Assembly (NCBI RefSeq): GCF_009914755.1
Contig: NC_060947.1
Strand: one strand, 5' to 3'
Length of the DNA: 64,000 nucleotides
DNA from: the human T2T-CHM13v2.0 reference genome, Homo sapiens
The notes beneath the pieces are model-generated. The model had not been told where the DNA came from. It did not search any database and saw nothing but the letters and a program-made list of their open reading frames with translations. Positions 14,555 through 32,797 of this stretch are shown piece after piece (position 1 is the first letter of the stretch; each line of letters begins with the position of its first letter). The position numbers and the translations under genes were made by a program.

Positions 14555-16270
14555 TTTTTATTTTTATTTAATTTTTCAAAAATTTCAGAATAGTTGTAGA
14601 TTTATAGAAAAGTTGCAAGGTTAGTAGAGTTCCTGTATAACACTCACTCAAAATGAGGCACATTTTACATATCATAAAATTCACTGATTTCAAGTGCATA
14701 ATTAAATGATTTTTGGTAACTTTACTGAAGTGGGGCAACCATCACCATAAATCAGTTTTAGAACTTTTTGATCCCTCCAGTAAGGTCCCTCATGCCTATT
14801 TATAGTTAATCAATCCTCTGTCCCATTCCCAGCCCCAGACAACCACTAATCTACTTTTTTGTTTCTATAAATTTGCCTATTCTGGACATTTTATATAAAT
14901 GAAATCATACAATATGCAGTCTTTGTGTCTGATTTCTTTCACTTAGCATAATATTTTTGAGATTCATCCATATTGTAGTATGTATCAGTACTTCCTTACT
15001 TTTTTATTGCTGAATAGTATTCCATTTTATGGATATAACACATTTTTATCTGTCTACTCACTATTAGATAGGCACATCAGTTTCCAATTTTTGGCTACTA
15101 TGACTAGTGCTGCTAAGAAGATTAGTATGTAAGTCTTCGTGCGGACATATTTTTTTCATTTCTCTTTGATAGATACTTAAGGGTGGAGTTACTGGATCAC
15201 AGGGAAAATTTATGCTTAACTTCTTAAGAAACTGCAAAACTGTTTTCCAAAATGGCAGCAACATTTTGCACTTCCACTAGCAATGTATGAGAGTTCCTGT
15301 TTCTCCACATCCTTGCCAACATTTGTTATTTACTGTGTTTTTTGTTATAGCCATTCTAAGTGGGTGTGAAGTGGTGTCTCATTGTGGTTTTAATTTATAA
15401 ATTATAATTTATAATACGGTGAGCATATTTTCATGTGCTTATTAGCCATTCATATATCTTCTTCAGTGAAGTGTCTGTTATATCTTTTGTCTGTTTTTAA
15501 ATTGAGTTATTTGTTTTTTTAGTGTTGAGTTGTAAGGATGGTTTATATATTCTAGATCAAGTCCCTGAGAGATATATGATATGCACATATATTCTCCCAG
15601 TCTGTTGCTTGCCTTTTTCTTTTTTTGATGGTGTCTTTTGAAGTGAAAACGTTTTGAATTTGGGTGAGGTTCAATTTATCATTTTTTTTTCTTTCATGGA
15701 CCATTCTTTTGGTGTTGTACTTAAGAAGTCTTTGCCTAATTGCAAGGTCTCAGTGATTTTCTCCAATGTTTTCTTCTAAAAGCTTTATTACTTCATCTCT
15801 TACATTTAAGTCTATGATTCATTTTGAGTTCATTTTTTCTCTGTGATGTGAGGTGAGAGTCTAAATTCATCTTTTTGCATGTGGATGTAGAAATTGTCCT
15901 AGCACCATTTGCTGAATCTCTTATCATTAACGTCTTACATTGCTATGCTATCTATGTCACAACTAATAAGCCCACAGTGGTATATTGCTATTAACTATAC
16001 CCCATGCTTTTTTTTTTCAAGTTTCACTAGTTTATCTCTAGAGATGCTGTCCCATCCAGGATACCACATTACGTTTAGTCATTGTATCTCCTTAGCCTCT
16101 TCTGGTTTGTGACACTTTCTCACACTTTTCTTGTTTTGGTGACCTTGATAGTTTTAAGGAGTACTGGTCAGGTATTTTGTAGAAAACCCCTCAATTTTAT
16201 GCTTAGACTGGCATTATGTGTTTGGAAGAAAGTCTGCAGAGGTCAAGTACCACATTCTTATCATACACTA
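14555..16270 (-). mobile_element. L1MB/L1MC-type 3' fragments
   Basis: reverse L1 3' UTR and ORF2 C-terminal motifs; ORF 15064..15264 is L1-like. Confidence 0.8.
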
Positions 16271-16548
16271 TCCTCAAACATGATTTTAATTGAGCATATT
16301 CATTGCGTGGAATAGAATTCTGTTCTTCTCTTAATAGTGCCTTTTAGCATTATGTGGCAGGTTAATCACTTCCAATTGAAAGTTTGGTGAAAGCTGCTCA
16401 ATTGCACAGTTAAAGGGATTTTGGAATATGGAATATCCTTTGCACTTGCTTCAGGGTTCAAAAACTGCTGCTGGAACTGTAGTCTGAATTCAGAAAATAT
16501 ATATGCTGCAAATTCTTATGGAAATAGATATCTTGCTTCTTGTTTTAA

Positions 16549-17606
<1,058 letters not shown>

Positions 17607-18238
17607 AATTTCTCCATATCTTTACCAATACTTATTAATATCTATCTTTTTGATTATAGGCATTCTAGTGGGTATAAAGTGGTATTTAATTGTGGTTTTA
17701 TTGTTTTGACTTGTGACAGCATGGGAAGTGGATAAAGCATCTTGACATTACTTGTGATTCAAATAATATTGTCAAAATGACTTTACTACAGTTTTTTTCA
17801 TATATAAGCATTGTTTTGCCTTGTAATTTTAGGTTGAATTAATTAATAAACATTATCCAGCCTGCATCAAAAGTTAATTTCCAAAGCCATTCAGTGTTCC
17901 CTAACAGTGTTTGAAGGTGGTTCTTCCAACCATTTAAAATTATGAGAATCATTCGTACCTTGCTTGCCACACAAAAACATGAGATGGGCTGAATTTAGCC
18001 TGCCAGTCATAGTTGGTATAGAGCAGAAGTGCCCTGCATATTCAATAAATACTTCTCTAGTTGATTATGGAGGTACAGTATCCCTGTGTTGTGGTATTCA
18101 CAAAGTATTGGGTATAGTGACCTTTCACCATAAAAATGCATCAAGTACTTGGATCTGATTGGTAGAAAAGCTGGAAAAACAATTCCAAGTGCCTTTCCTA
18201 CTGAGTGACTTGTTTGGGTAGTCTTCTTTTATAAACAG

Positions 18239-18316
18239 TATATTTTATTTTATTTTATTTTATTATTTTATTTTATTTTATTGTATGTTATGTTATGTTA
18301 TGTTATGTTATTTATG
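18239..18316. repeat. Compound (TATTT)n-(TATGT)n microsatellite
   Basis: directly visible. Confidence 0.9.
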
Positions 18317-18999
18317 TGACATGGTAATTAACTTTCAATTCTGAGTCCTTTAAGGCTAAGGGGAAGTTATCCTTTGACTTTTTGAAAGCTGCAAGATAAA
18401 TAGGTCTTAGAGGAGAAGGTCTCTTCTCTTTTGTGGCTGGCCCCAAGTTATGGAGGAATGATGTGGTTGCTGTTTATGTCCATTAAGAGACAAATGGGGC
18501 CCTGTTAGGGTCTGACTCCCTTTCTGCTCTTATGATTGAACGTTCCCTATTGCCTTTTCCACTGATCACCTGGATTCTAGATACTAAAACAAGCTAAGTT
18601 CATCTTCTAGGCTTGAAGAATAATGCCAATAATAACTAGCATTTATAGATGACATTGTCAGTTACTGAGCTTATCTTATGCAATCCTCACATCAGCTCTG
18701 TGAGGTAGGTACTATTATCCTGCAGCTCCTACCTTTTTTAAAATGAGAAAACAGGCACAGAGGAGAGAAGTTACATGCCCAAGGTCACACAGTTTAGTTG
18801 GAGCTATAATAGAAATCCAGGCAATTCTACTCCAAAGTCCTACTACTTAACCACTGCAACATGCTGCTAAATATTGCTGAAAATGGAATTATGTGTAAAT
18901 GATAATCCTAAATATTGCAATACAAAATGCTGTCAGAGTTCTTTGGGTTGTAACTCTACCTGTGATTTTGGTGAAATGACAAGATTTTAATGCTCTAGA

Positions 19000-19200
19000 G
19001 CAGTGCTGTCCAGTAGAACTTTCTGTGATGATGGTAAACTTCTATATCTACGCTGTTCTAGTATGGTAACCATAACCACATGTAGCTCTTAAAGACTTGC
19101 AATGTGTCTAGGAACTGAATTTTTAATGTCATTTAATTGTAATTGTTTTACATGTAAATAGTTTTGTGTGACTCATTATTAATCATCTTGGACAGTGCAG
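19000..19200. mobile_element. MER3-like hAT MITE; second copy ~40779-40965
   Basis: cagtgctgtccagtagaactttctgtgatgatgg ... ttggacagtg terminal inverted ends. Confidence 0.7.
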
Positions 19201-19549
19201 AGAGAGATCATTTCCCCCCACTTGTTCCTTTTTAATTACACTAAATATTTTACCCAATGCAAATATTCTTTCCATAGCACAACAGGAAGTGAATATATTC
19301 TATACTGAAAAACAACTTGAGGGTATACGCAAATCAATTAACTGCATGACAGTTGCAGGAACAGGTTCTGGGTTATCCACCATGAAACTTCTCCATTCCC
19401 AGCACTTACTAAATAAGGTTCCATAACTGGCTCAAAAACCTTTTGCAATTGATTTTTCACTGCTTACAAATGTAATTTATGTGGCTTATTGCACTTTACA
19501 GTTGCCAGTTGCTTGGTTTAAGATGAGACATCTTAATCTGTGGCTCTAA

Positions 19550-19739
19550 TTTTTTTTTATATACAAGTTTTTTTATATAAAAGTTCTGGGGTACATGTGC
19601 ACAACGTGCAGGTTTGTTACATAGGTATACATGTGCCATGTGGGTTTGCTGCACCCATCAACTCGTCATTTACATTAGGTATTTCTCCTAATGCTATCCC
19701 TCCCCCAGGCCTTCGCCCCCTGACAGGCCCTGGTGTGTG
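19550..19739 (-). mobile_element. 5'-truncated L1PA 3' end (~190 bp) with TSD
   Basis: gtacatgtgcacaacgtgcaggtttgttacataggtatacatgtgcc; TSD CTGTGGCTCTAA(T)n at 19538 and 19740. Confidence 0.9.
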
Positions 19740-22700
19740 CTGTGGCTCTAATTTTTTTTAATCCCGTGTTTTGATCCCACATGTTAAATGTCCTTGGTGT
19801 TATATGTCACTGGGCTATACAAACCTTCCCCATTTAAAAGCGATTCCTTCACAAAACTGGCAAACTGTTACAGGCTGTTATAATAAAGCACTTTATATTT
19901 ACTCCCTGAGTTTTAGCTTCCACACTCTTGTTTTAAGTTGTTTGCTTTATAAGTGGTTTCTTTTTTTAAAAGGGTTTTATTATGAATAAGAGACTCGCAA
20001 TAATTTGCAAAGATAGTACAGAAAGGCCCCATATAATCTTCATCTGAGTTACTTCAATCATTGCATTTTACATAATTATAATACAATATCAAAACCAGGA
20101 AATTGATACTGGAATGATACGTGTGTATAATTCTATGTTATTTTATGATGTGTAGATTTGTTTAACCATTATCGCAATCAAGAAATATTCCATCTCTCCT
20201 GTGCTACCTCTTTATAGTCACACCCACCACCTACCCCCACCATTGATAACCCCTGAAAAATACTAATTTGTTCTCCTTTTCTATAACTGTCATTTTAAGA
20301 ATTTTATATATAATTAAAATGATTTAATTTTTAGAATCATAAAGTATGTGACCTTTTCCACTATTTTTCACTCAGCATAATACATTTGAGACTCATTCAA
20401 ATTGGTATCAATAGTTCATTCCCTCTTATTGCTGAGAAATATTACACGACATGGAGGTACCACAGTTTTTTTAACCATTCATCTATTAAGGGACATTTTT
20501 AAATGTCCAGTTTTTGGCTATTACGAAGAGAACTCTTATTAACATTGAGTACAGTGTTTTGTGTAGATGGAAATTTTCATCTCTCTGAGATAAATGCCCA
20601 GGAGAGCAATTACAAGGTGGGACGGTAAATATATGTTTAATTTTAAAAGAATCTGACAAACTAGTTTTCCAAAGTGACTGTACCATTTTGTATTCTCACC
20701 AGCAATGGTATGAGAGATCCAGTATCTCCACATCCTTTCCAGCATTTGGTATTCTCACTATTTTTTTTTTAAGTTTTAGCCATTGTGATAAGTGTGTAGT
20801 GATATATTACTGATTTAATTTGCATTTATCTGATGGCTAATAAAGTTCAACATCTTTTCATGTGTTTATTTGTCATCCCCATATCTTCTTCATTTAAATA
20901 TCTCTTTATATCTTTGGCCCATTTTCTAATTGTATTGTATTGTTTGTTTTACTGTTGAGTTTTCAGAGTGCTTTATGTATTCTAGATACCAGTTCTTTGT
21001 CAGATATGTAGCTTGCAAATATTCTCTTCCAGTCTGTGGCTTGTCTTTTCATCTTAATAGGATTTTCCACAGAGAAAGAGCTTTTAATTTTGATGACATT
21101 CAACTTATTGATTTTTTTCCCTATTATAGATTGTGCTTTTGTTGTTACATCTAAGAAGTCTTCACCAAGTCGTAGGTCTCAAATATTTTCTCCTAGATTT
21201 TCTTCTGAAAATGTTATAGTTTTACATTTTACATTCAAGTCCATGATCCATTTTAAGTTAATATTTGGCATAAAATGTGAAGTTTAGGTCAAGGTTAATT
21301 TTTTTGGATTATTGATATCTAGTTACTTCAGCTCCATTGAATTGCTTTTGCACTGTTGTAAAATATAAGTATGCCGTACTTGTGTATATCTATTTCTGAG
21401 TTTTCTAATCTGATTCATTGATCTACGTATGTGTCCCTCTGCCATACCACACAGTGTTGAATACTGTAGCTCTATAATAAATCTTAAAATTTGATAGAGT
21501 GATTCCTCCTAGTTTATTGTTTTCAATATTGCCTGTTCCTTTAACTTTCCCTATAAATTTTAGAATAAACTTGCCTATATCTGAAAAAAGTTAGCTGAGA
21601 TATTGATAGGAATTGTATTAGACCTGTGTATCAGTTTGGGGAAAACTGACATCTTTACTATGCTGAGTCTTCCAATCCATGAGCACCATATGTCTCTCCC
21701 TTTATTTAGATCTTCTTTTATTTATTTTATCAGCACTGTTCAATTTTCAGCATAGAAATCTTGTATGTTTTGTTAGAATTATACATAACCATTTCATTTT
21801 TGGAGTGACTATTAATGGTATTTTATTTTGAATTTTGGTTTCCATGTATTCATTGCTAGTATATAGAAATATAAATGATTTTTGTATGATAGTTTTGCAT
21901 ATTGAAACCTTGCTGAATTCACTGATTAGTTCTAGGGGGTTAAAAGGTATTTTTCTAATTTTTTTTCTTTTGTTTTCATTGTTTTTTAGGACTTTCTATG
22001 TAGACCATCTTGTCATCTGCAGAGAGGGACAGTGATATTTCTTCCTTTCCACTCTGTGTTTTATGTTGAATAGCAGTGGTGAGAGCTAAATTCTTGTCTT
22101 GTTCCCAGTCTTAGGGAAGAAGAGGTCAGTCTTTCAGCATCAACTATAATGTAGTTTTTTTTGAAGTTTAGATCGTTCCCTCTTGATTTCTAGTTGTCTG
22201 AGTGTTTTTATCATGAATAACTATTGAATTTTGCCAAATACTTTTTGCATCAATTGATATGATCTTGTGATTTTTCTTCTTCAGTTTGCTAATGCAGTGG
22301 ATTACACTAATTTATTTTCAAATGTTGAGCTAGCCTTGCATCCTTGGATAAAACACATTTGGATGCGATGTATAATTTATATGTTATATTTGCTCATATT
22401 TGCTGGGGATATTTGCTTCTATTCATGAATGATATTGGCTTGCAATTTAATTTTTTGGTACTGTCTTTGTCTGATTTTGGTATCAGTGCAATATTGGCCT
22501 TATAATAAGAGTTGGGAAGTAGTCCCTCCTCTTCTATTTTCTAGAAGACATTGTGTAATATGAGTGTTAATTCTTCTTTAAGTATTTGGTAGAATGCTGC
22601 AGTGAAATCATTCAGGCCCAGATGGTTTCAATGAAGAATTTTTTTTTTTGAGTTTTAAAATTATATGTTCAATTTTCTTAATAGTTACCAAGCTATTCAA

Positions 22701-24381
22701 ATTATCTAATTTCTATTGAGTTGTGGTGGTTTGTGCTTTTCAAGGAATTTATCCAGCTTATCAAAATTATCAACTTTATACATGCATATTTGTTTGTAGT
22801 AATCCCTTTTGGTGTCTGCAAGGTCTATAATAATATCTCCTGTTTCATTCCTGATATTAATGATTTGTGGCCTATCTTTTTTATTTGTCAGTTTTGCTTA
22901 AGGTTTGTGAATTTTATGAGGCTTTTCAGAGAACTACCTCTTTGTTTCATTGATGTTGTCTGTTGATTTTGAGTTTTCAATTTCATTGACTTCTGCTCTT
23001 TATCTCCTTACTTCTGCTTGCTTTCAGTTTAATTTGCTCTTACTTTTCTAGTTCCTTAGGGTGGGAAATTAGATTATTAATTTCAGACATTTCTTCTTCC
23101 CTAAGTTAAGCCTTTAGTGCAATGAATTTCCATCTCAGCACTGCTTTAGCTGCATGTCATGTATTTTTTTTATCACAGTAAAAAACCATAGCAGGAGATT
23201 TAGTTCTTAACAAACTTTAAAGTGTACAGTACAATATTGTTAACTATAAGCACAATGTTGTACAGCAGATCTCTAGAAATTTTTCATCTTGAATGACTGA
23301 AACTCTATGCTTATTGAGCAGCAACTCCCCATTTCCCACCCCCCACCAACCCCCTGGCAACTACTATTTTCCTTTCTGTTTCTATGAACATAACTAATTT
23401 AGATATATAAGTGGAATCATGCAGTATTTACCCTTCTGTGTCTGGCTTATTTCATTTAACATAATGTCTTCAAGGTTCATCCATATTGTAGCATATGACA
23501 GGGTTTCTTTTTATGGCTGAATAAGATTCCGTTATATGTATATACCACAGTTTCTTCATTTATCTGTGGATGGACATTAGGTTGTTTCCACCTCTTGGCT
23601 ATTGTGAATAATACTGCAATGAACATAGGAGTACAAATATCTCTTCAAGATTCTGATTTCAATTCTTTTGGATACATCCCTAGAAGTGGGATTGTTAGAT
23701 CATATGGGAAATTTTAATTTTTTAAGGAACCTCCATACTCTTTTCCATACCAACCGCACCATTCTACACGCACACCAGCAGTGCACAAGGTTCCAATTTC
23801 TCCACATTCTTGCCAGCACTTACTGTTTTTTTTAATAATGGCCATCCTAACAGTTATGAAGTGATACTTCATTATGGTTTTGATTTGCATTTCCCTGACA
23901 ATTAGTGATGTTGAGCATCTTTTCGTATACCTGTTGGTCATTTGTATGTCTTATTTGGAGAAATGTCTATTCAAGTTCTTTGTTCATATTTTAATTGAAT
24001 TATTTGGTGAGATTTTTTGTTATTGAGCTAAATAATTTAGATATTGAACCCTATCAGATGGTTTGCAAATATTTTCTCCCATTCTGTAGGTTGCCTTTCA
24101 TTCTGTTGTTTCCTTTGCTCTACTGAAGCTTTTTAGTTTGAGGTAGTACCACTTGTCTCTTTTTACTTTTATTGCCTATACTTTTGGTGTCATATACAAG
24201 AAATCATTGCCAAGACCAATGCCATGATGCTTTCCCCCTATGTTTTCTTCTAGGACTTTTACAGTTGCAGGTCTTATGTTTAAGTCTTTAATATATTTTG
24301 AGTTGATTTTATATGTAGTGTGAAATAAACATCCAATTTAATTTTTTTGCATGTGGGTATAAAGTTTTACTAGCACCATTT

Positions 24382-24899
24382 TTTTTTTTCTTGCGGGGGA
24401 GTTGGGCTGGATCTTTGCCCCCTTTTTTTTTCAAAAACTTTTAAGTTCCTGGTTACATGTGGAGGATGTGCAGGTTTGTTACATAGGTAAACGTGTGTCA
24501 TGGTGATTTGCTGTACAGATCAACCCATCACCTAGGTATTAAGCCCAGCATCCATTAGTTATTCTTCCTGATGCTCTCCCTCCTCCTCCCCCTACTCCCC
24601 TGACAGGCCCCAGTGTGTGTTGTTCCCCCTACCCATGTGTCCTCATCGTTCAGCTCCCACTTATAAGTGAGAAGATGTGGTGTTAGGTTTTCTGTTCCTA
24701 TGTTAGTTAGTTGAGGATGATGGCTTCCAGCTCTATCCATGTCCCTGCAAAGGACATGATCTCTTTCCTTTTTATGGCTGCACAGTATTGCATGGTGCAG
24801 ATGTACCACATTTTCTTTATCCAGTCTATCATTGATGGGCCTTTGGGTTGATTCCATGTCTTTGCTATTGTAAATAGTGCTGAAATGGACATATGTGTG
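24382..24899 (-). mobile_element. 5'-truncated primate L1 (L1PA/PB) nested in the L1MA/MB element
   Basis: ORF 24707..24937 (DWIKKMWYICTMQY...SFAGTWIELEAIIL); TSD CTAGCACCATTT at 24370-24381 and 24900-24911. Confidence 0.9.
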
Positions 24900-25422
24900 C
24901 TAGCACCATTTGTTGAAGAGACTACCCTTTTCCCCATTGTGTATTTTTGGAACTATCATTGGAGATTAGATGACTGTATATGTATGGATTTATGATCAAG
25001 CTCTCTGTTCTGTTCCATTAATCTATATGTCTGTCTTTATGACTGTACCGTACTGTTTAATCCACTTATATTTAAAGTAATTATTGATAGGGAAGGACTT
25101 ATTATTGCAATTTTGTTCATTGTTTTCTGTCTTGTAGCTTTTTTGTCCTTCCTTTTCTTTCTTTCTCTTTTCCTTTGGGTTTCATTGATTTTTTTGTAGA
25201 GACATGCTTTGATTCTCTTCACACATTCTTTTGTGTATCATTTAAAGGGATTTTCTTTGACATTACCATGGAACTTACAGAAAACATCTTATAACAACCT
25301 ATATTAAGCTGAAACAAACTTAAACTTCAATTACATATAATACTTTACTCTTTTATATTATCCACCCCACACTTTATGTTATCGATGTCACAAATTACAT
25401 TTTTATATTGTGTATCCATTAA

Positions 25423-25751
<329 letters not shown>

Positions 25752-28700
25752 TAACTTCTATACTAAAATTAAAAGTGATTTACCCACCACTATTACAGTG
25801 TTACAGTATTCTGTATTTTTCTACATATTTACCTTTACCAGTAAGATTTATGCTTTCAAGTTGCTGTTGAGCATCTTATTATTTCAACTCAAATGTCTCT
25901 CTTTAGCATTTCTTGTAAGGCAGTTCTAGTGGTGAAGAAATTCTTCAGCTTTTGGTCATGTGGGAACGTTTTTATTCCTCCTTCATTTTGAAGGCTAATT
26001 TTGCTAGATGTAATATTCCTGGTTGGCAGGTTTTTTTTTTTTCTTTCAGCACTTTGATTATTCCATTCCCTTTTGTCCTGCAAGGTTTCTGCTGAGAAAC
26101 TCACAGATAATCTTATGGTGATTTCCTTGTACATGATAAGCTGCTTTTCTTTTGCTGCTTTCAAAATTCTTTCTTTGTCTTGGACTTTTGACAATCTGAT
26201 TACAATGTTTCTCAGTGTGGATTTCTTTGGGTTCATCCTACATGGAGTCTGTTGGGCTTCTTGAATCCAGATGTCCATTTCCTTTCCCAGATTTGACACA
26301 TTTAGAGATGTTATTTCTTTAAATAAACTTTCTGTCCCTTTACCCCTTCTCCTTCTTGGAATCCCATAATGCATATATTTGTTTGATGGTGTCCCATAAA
26401 TCCCTTAGGTTTTCTTCACTGATTTTTTGTTCCTCTGACTATATCATTTCAAATAACTTGTCTCTGAGTTCACCAATTCTTTCTTCTGCCCTATCAAGCC
26501 TGCTGTTTAATACCTGTCATGTTTTTTTTTTTTTTCAGTTCAGCTGTTATATTCTTCAGCTCTAAATTTCTGTTTGGTTCTCTTTTATGTTTTCTAAATC
26601 TTTATTGATATTTGTCATTTTTTGAACTCATAGATGGCATCTTTATGATGGTTATTTTGACTTCTTTTTCAGGTTATTGATATACCTCTCTTTCTTTAGG
26701 ATTGGTTTCTGGAGATTTATTTTGCTTCTTTGGACCATGTTTCTCTGTTTCTTCATATGTCTCTAACGTTTTTGTTGGGATCTGCACATCTGAAACATTG
26801 GTAACTTCTTTCAGTCATCATGGACTGGCTTTGTACAGGGAAAGACCCTTACCAGTCAGCCCAGCTAGAGATTCTGGGGGCCTTTGAAACCTTTTTGGAG
26901 GATACTTGACTTCTCTGGGCATGTGTAGGTAATTTCTCAACTAGAAGCTTACCAGTTTCTTTTACAGGAGCTTATAATCACTTGCTCCCTCTGTGTCTAC
27001 AACACTGCAAGTTTTCTGGTTCTATATCAGTAAGCCTCCTCTCTCTCTTTTTGTTCTCAGTGGTCATCAGGTATCCAGTGTGTGCTAGCTTCCTAAGTCA
27101 GTGCCCCAAGTCAGGTGAGACCTATACTAGTACCTTAGGCAGCCTGGTGAAAAGTCAAAATGCTGATGAATATTCCACTTGTTTCCCTCCCTCCTGAGGA
27201 AGAAGCCTTAAGTTGTGTATCTCCTCCCAACTGTGCTGAACTGTGCTGGCCACAGCAAGTTACCCACCACTTTCCTTTGTTCTCAGCAGCCTCAAGGCAG
27301 CCAAAGTATGCTGGTTTTGTTAGTGCTTCCAGTGGGGCAAAATAGAAACCTCTTCCTGGTTCCTTGAGCAGCCCTCCAAAAACACAGAACATTGAAAACT
27401 TTGTACAGTCTTTGTTCCCCCCACCCTGAAATTGAAGGCTGGGATGTTATTTCCTGGTGCTGAGCTGTGCCAGCTTGGGAGAGGGGCTGATGCAGATAAG
27501 GTGAGATTGCCCTTCCTACCCATTTTAATGTGGTTATTCTTGACTTTGTGCTTACCTAGGGTATGCAACTTCTTAACTGAATTCTGGAATTCTCATAAAA
27601 TTATTTTACTCAATATATCATTGTTAAATTGGTCTTCCTGTAGGGGAACAAGGGCTGGAACTTCCTATTCTGCCATCTTGCTCCTATGTCACATATTTCG
27701 ATATGTTGTATTTTCATTTTCATTCAGTTCAAGGTATTTTTTTTTTTTACTTCCCTTGAGACTTCCTCTTTGACCAACGGATTATTTAGAGGTATGTTGT
27801 TTAATTTCCAATTGTTTCAAAAACTTTCTTGTTTCCTTTCTGTTATTGAGTTCTAGTTTGATTCCGTTGTAGTTAGAGAAATACTTTGCTATAGAAACCT
27901 TACTTCCCTTTAAGTCTCTTTACTTTCTCCCATCTATAATATAATTTTAAAAATATTTTTCCCATATATTTTTAGAATCACATCAGACAATGTTATGACT
28001 TTTGCTTTAACTGTCAAATATAATTTAGAAAACTGAAAAAAGAAGCAAAGTCTGTTGTATTTGGTACTATTTTTTACTCTTATTTTTCTTTCTTCCTTCC
28101 TGATACCTAAAGATTCCTTCTTTTATCTTTCCTTTCCAATTCACAAATTTCCTTTAGCCATCCGTTCCTTTAGGTATGTCTGCTGGCAACAAATTCTTAG
28201 TGTTTCTTCACCTGAGACTGTCTTGATTTTCCCCTAAAAGATATTTTCACTGGATATGCAAATTTAGATTGACAGTTCTTTTATCTCAGCATTTGAAAAA
28301 TGTGCCATTTCCCTTTGGACTCCATGGTTCCTCTTAATAAATCTACTCTCATTAAAAGTGTTTTTCTTCTATAAGTAAGGTATTTCTTCTCTCTCACTAC
28401 TTTCAAGATTTTTTTCTTTTTCTTTAGTTTTCAGGAGTTTGATTATGATATGTCTTACTGTGGAATTCATTGGATTTATCCTATTGGGTTTGCTCAGCTT
28501 CTTGAATCTGTAGGCTTACGTCTTTTGCCAAATTGGGGAGATTTTCATATTAATTAGCTTGATTTAGCTATTCCACATGTATACACATATCAAAACATCA
28601 TGTTGTATACCATAGATATATACAATTTTATTTGTCAATTAACAAAATTAATTGATTGTTAAATATTTGGGAGATTTTCACCTATTTTTTTTTAATACTC

Positions 28701-30184
28701 CTTTAGTCCCACACTGTTTCTCCTCTCCTCCTGGAACTCTGATGATATGAATGTTTAATGTATCATTAAAGTCCCGTGTGTCCCTGAAGCTCTGTTTACC
28801 TTTTTCAATTTATTTTCTCTCTATTGTTCAATCGCATAATTTCTATTGTTCTGTCACTAGTTTCACTGATTCTTTTTTCAGTCTCCTTTTTGCTATTCAG
28901 CCCATTCAGTGAGTATTTCATTTTGGTGATTGTGTTTTACAGTTCTAAAGCTTCCATTTGCTTCTCCTTTATGTCTTTTATTTCTTTGCTGAGACTTTCT
29001 TTTTATAAAAAAATTTGTTTTCAGCATGTTCGTAATTGCTTGTTGAAACATTTTTAAGATGACTGATTTAAAATCCTTGTGGGATTAATTCCAATCTGTG
29101 TCATATCAATGTTGGTGTCTGTTGAATGTCTTTTCTCATTCAAGTTGAGATGTACCTGGTTCTTTTTATCATGAGTGATTTTCTACTGTATCTTGGGCAT
29201 TTTATGAGACTCTGGATTTTATTTTAATCTTCTGTTTAGTAGGCCTACTCTGACACCATTCTGGTGGGGGAATGGGAGCACAGTTTTATTATTCAGGGAA
29301 AGGTGGGAGTCAAGGTTCCTCACTCACCATCCATTGATACCCAGGGTAGGGGTAGGGATGCCATTATTACTAGGAAGGAGTGGAATTTCAGGATCCTCAC
29401 TAGGCCTCCAGTGACACCACTGACACCTCCCTAGGCCTCCATTGACAGGCCTCTACAACCATCATATGCCGGGGGACTCATTACTGCCTGGCAAGGATGA
29501 AAGTCCCAGATCTCCATTCGGTCATTTCTGAAACCACCTCAGGGAGAAGGGGATGTGTGACTATTTAAAACCAGTTGAAGGTAGAAATCTAGGCTCCCTA
29601 CTTGATTTTTGCTGAGGGCAGTGGAGGGAGGAGTATAGTTTTTTCTGCTGTGGTGTTTGCCTTGGATAGGGAAGTTATTACCTAAAAGTTTTCTGTCTCT
29701 CTAGGCTACCCCTTTTCTGTTCCTTTGGCTAGAGATAGCCAGTTTTTTGAGGCACTTTTTTTTTTTTTTTTTTTTGCACCCATGGCATTGCTGGGTTGCT
29801 GGCTTCTCCATCACCAGGTCCAGGATACATTACTCAAAAACAAATCCAGGGAACTCACTGCCATATTGTTACTTGGGTCTTGAGATTCCTAGCCACCAGG
29901 AATAGAAGAAGCCACCTGCCTCCTTCTATTTACCTGTCAGAGATGTATGAGTTATGTATATATATATATTTATTTATTTATAATGTCCAGTGTTTTTAGA
30001 TATAGAGGGATAAATAGGGGAAAGTGCATCTAGTCTATCTTTTCTTGGAACCAGAATATAAAAGTGATAACTTAATGAAAATATGGATATTGTGTTAGTT
30101 ATAGCCTTTCTCCCAGTAAAAATTTAGTTAGGAATGGGGAAAATCACCACGATCACTACCTTCACTGGTATACTTCTTTATTTT

Positions 30185-32797
<2,613 letters not shown>

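Noticed and set aside
25889-26374. 161-aa ORF as a host gene
   Set aside because: Frameshifted L1 ORF1p remnant
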